Positions 63,775-64,000 of a stretch of 64,000 nucleotides of DNA are shown here, one piece after another. The number at the start of each line of letters is the position of its first letter. The stretch's first letter is position 1. Made by a program: the position numbers and the translations under genes. This DNA comes from Octopus bimaculoides. Its lineage: Eukaryota. The notes beneath the pieces are model-generated. The model made no database searches and was not told where the DNA came from. It saw only the letters and a list, made by a program, of their open reading frames with translations. The DNA lies in assembly GCF_001194135.2 (NCBI RefSeq), contig NC_068982.1, forward strand, positions 134,420,733 through 134,484,732, in the 5' to 3' direction.

Positions 63775-64000
63775 TTATCATCATCATCGTTTAACGTCCG
63801 CTTTCCATGCTAGCATGGGTTGGACGATTTGACTGAGGACTGGTGAAACCGGATGGCAACACCAGGCTCCAGTCTGATTTGGCAGAGTTTCTACAGCTGG
63901 ATGCCCTTCCTAACACCAACCACTCAGAGAGTGTAGTGGGTGCTTTTACGTGTCACCCGCACGAAAACGGCCATGCTCGAAATGGTGTCTTTTATGTGCC
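63775..64000 (-). mobile_element. Family B element, young copy, truncated by the window end
   Basis: Same diagnostic gtgaaaccggatggcaacacc as 2795 and 62215. Confidence 0.85.

Noticed and set aside
10-63813. Most ORFs in the six-frame track (poly-HT, YI, CV, SL, I runs; short ORFs inside SINEs)
   Set aside because: They arise from microsatellites, N gaps or interspersed repeats; no domain-like content.

Overview
AT-rich, repeat-dominated animal genomic DNA. The SINE/RTE repeat families and the microsatellite density are what I associate with octopus (coleoid cephalopod) genomes; this assignment is an inference. There is one convincing host coding exon: a single-exon 185-aa ORF at 10536-11093 (+). 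It carries the RYKTQPITFDEIKEVDEE motif, matching vertebrate C11orf96/DUF4695 (RFKTQPVTFDEIQEVEEE), and has a spliced 5' UTR and an AU-rich 3' UTR. The rest of the window is nested mobile DNA: several tRNA-headed SINE families, RTE-clade LINE 3' fragments, a 5'-truncated frameshifted CR1-clade LINE, hAT/piggyBac/mariner/pogo-type MITEs, long foldback palindromes, microsatellites and two N gaps. The most unusual signal is a set of four or five minimal type-I hammerhead-ribozyme motifs with palindromic helix III (Penelope-type), each in a different repeat context. One is fused behind a Pol III tRNA-like head, and one lies inside a mariner-like mini-element. Coordinates of degenerate repeats were read by eye and are approximate (about +/-10-20 bp).
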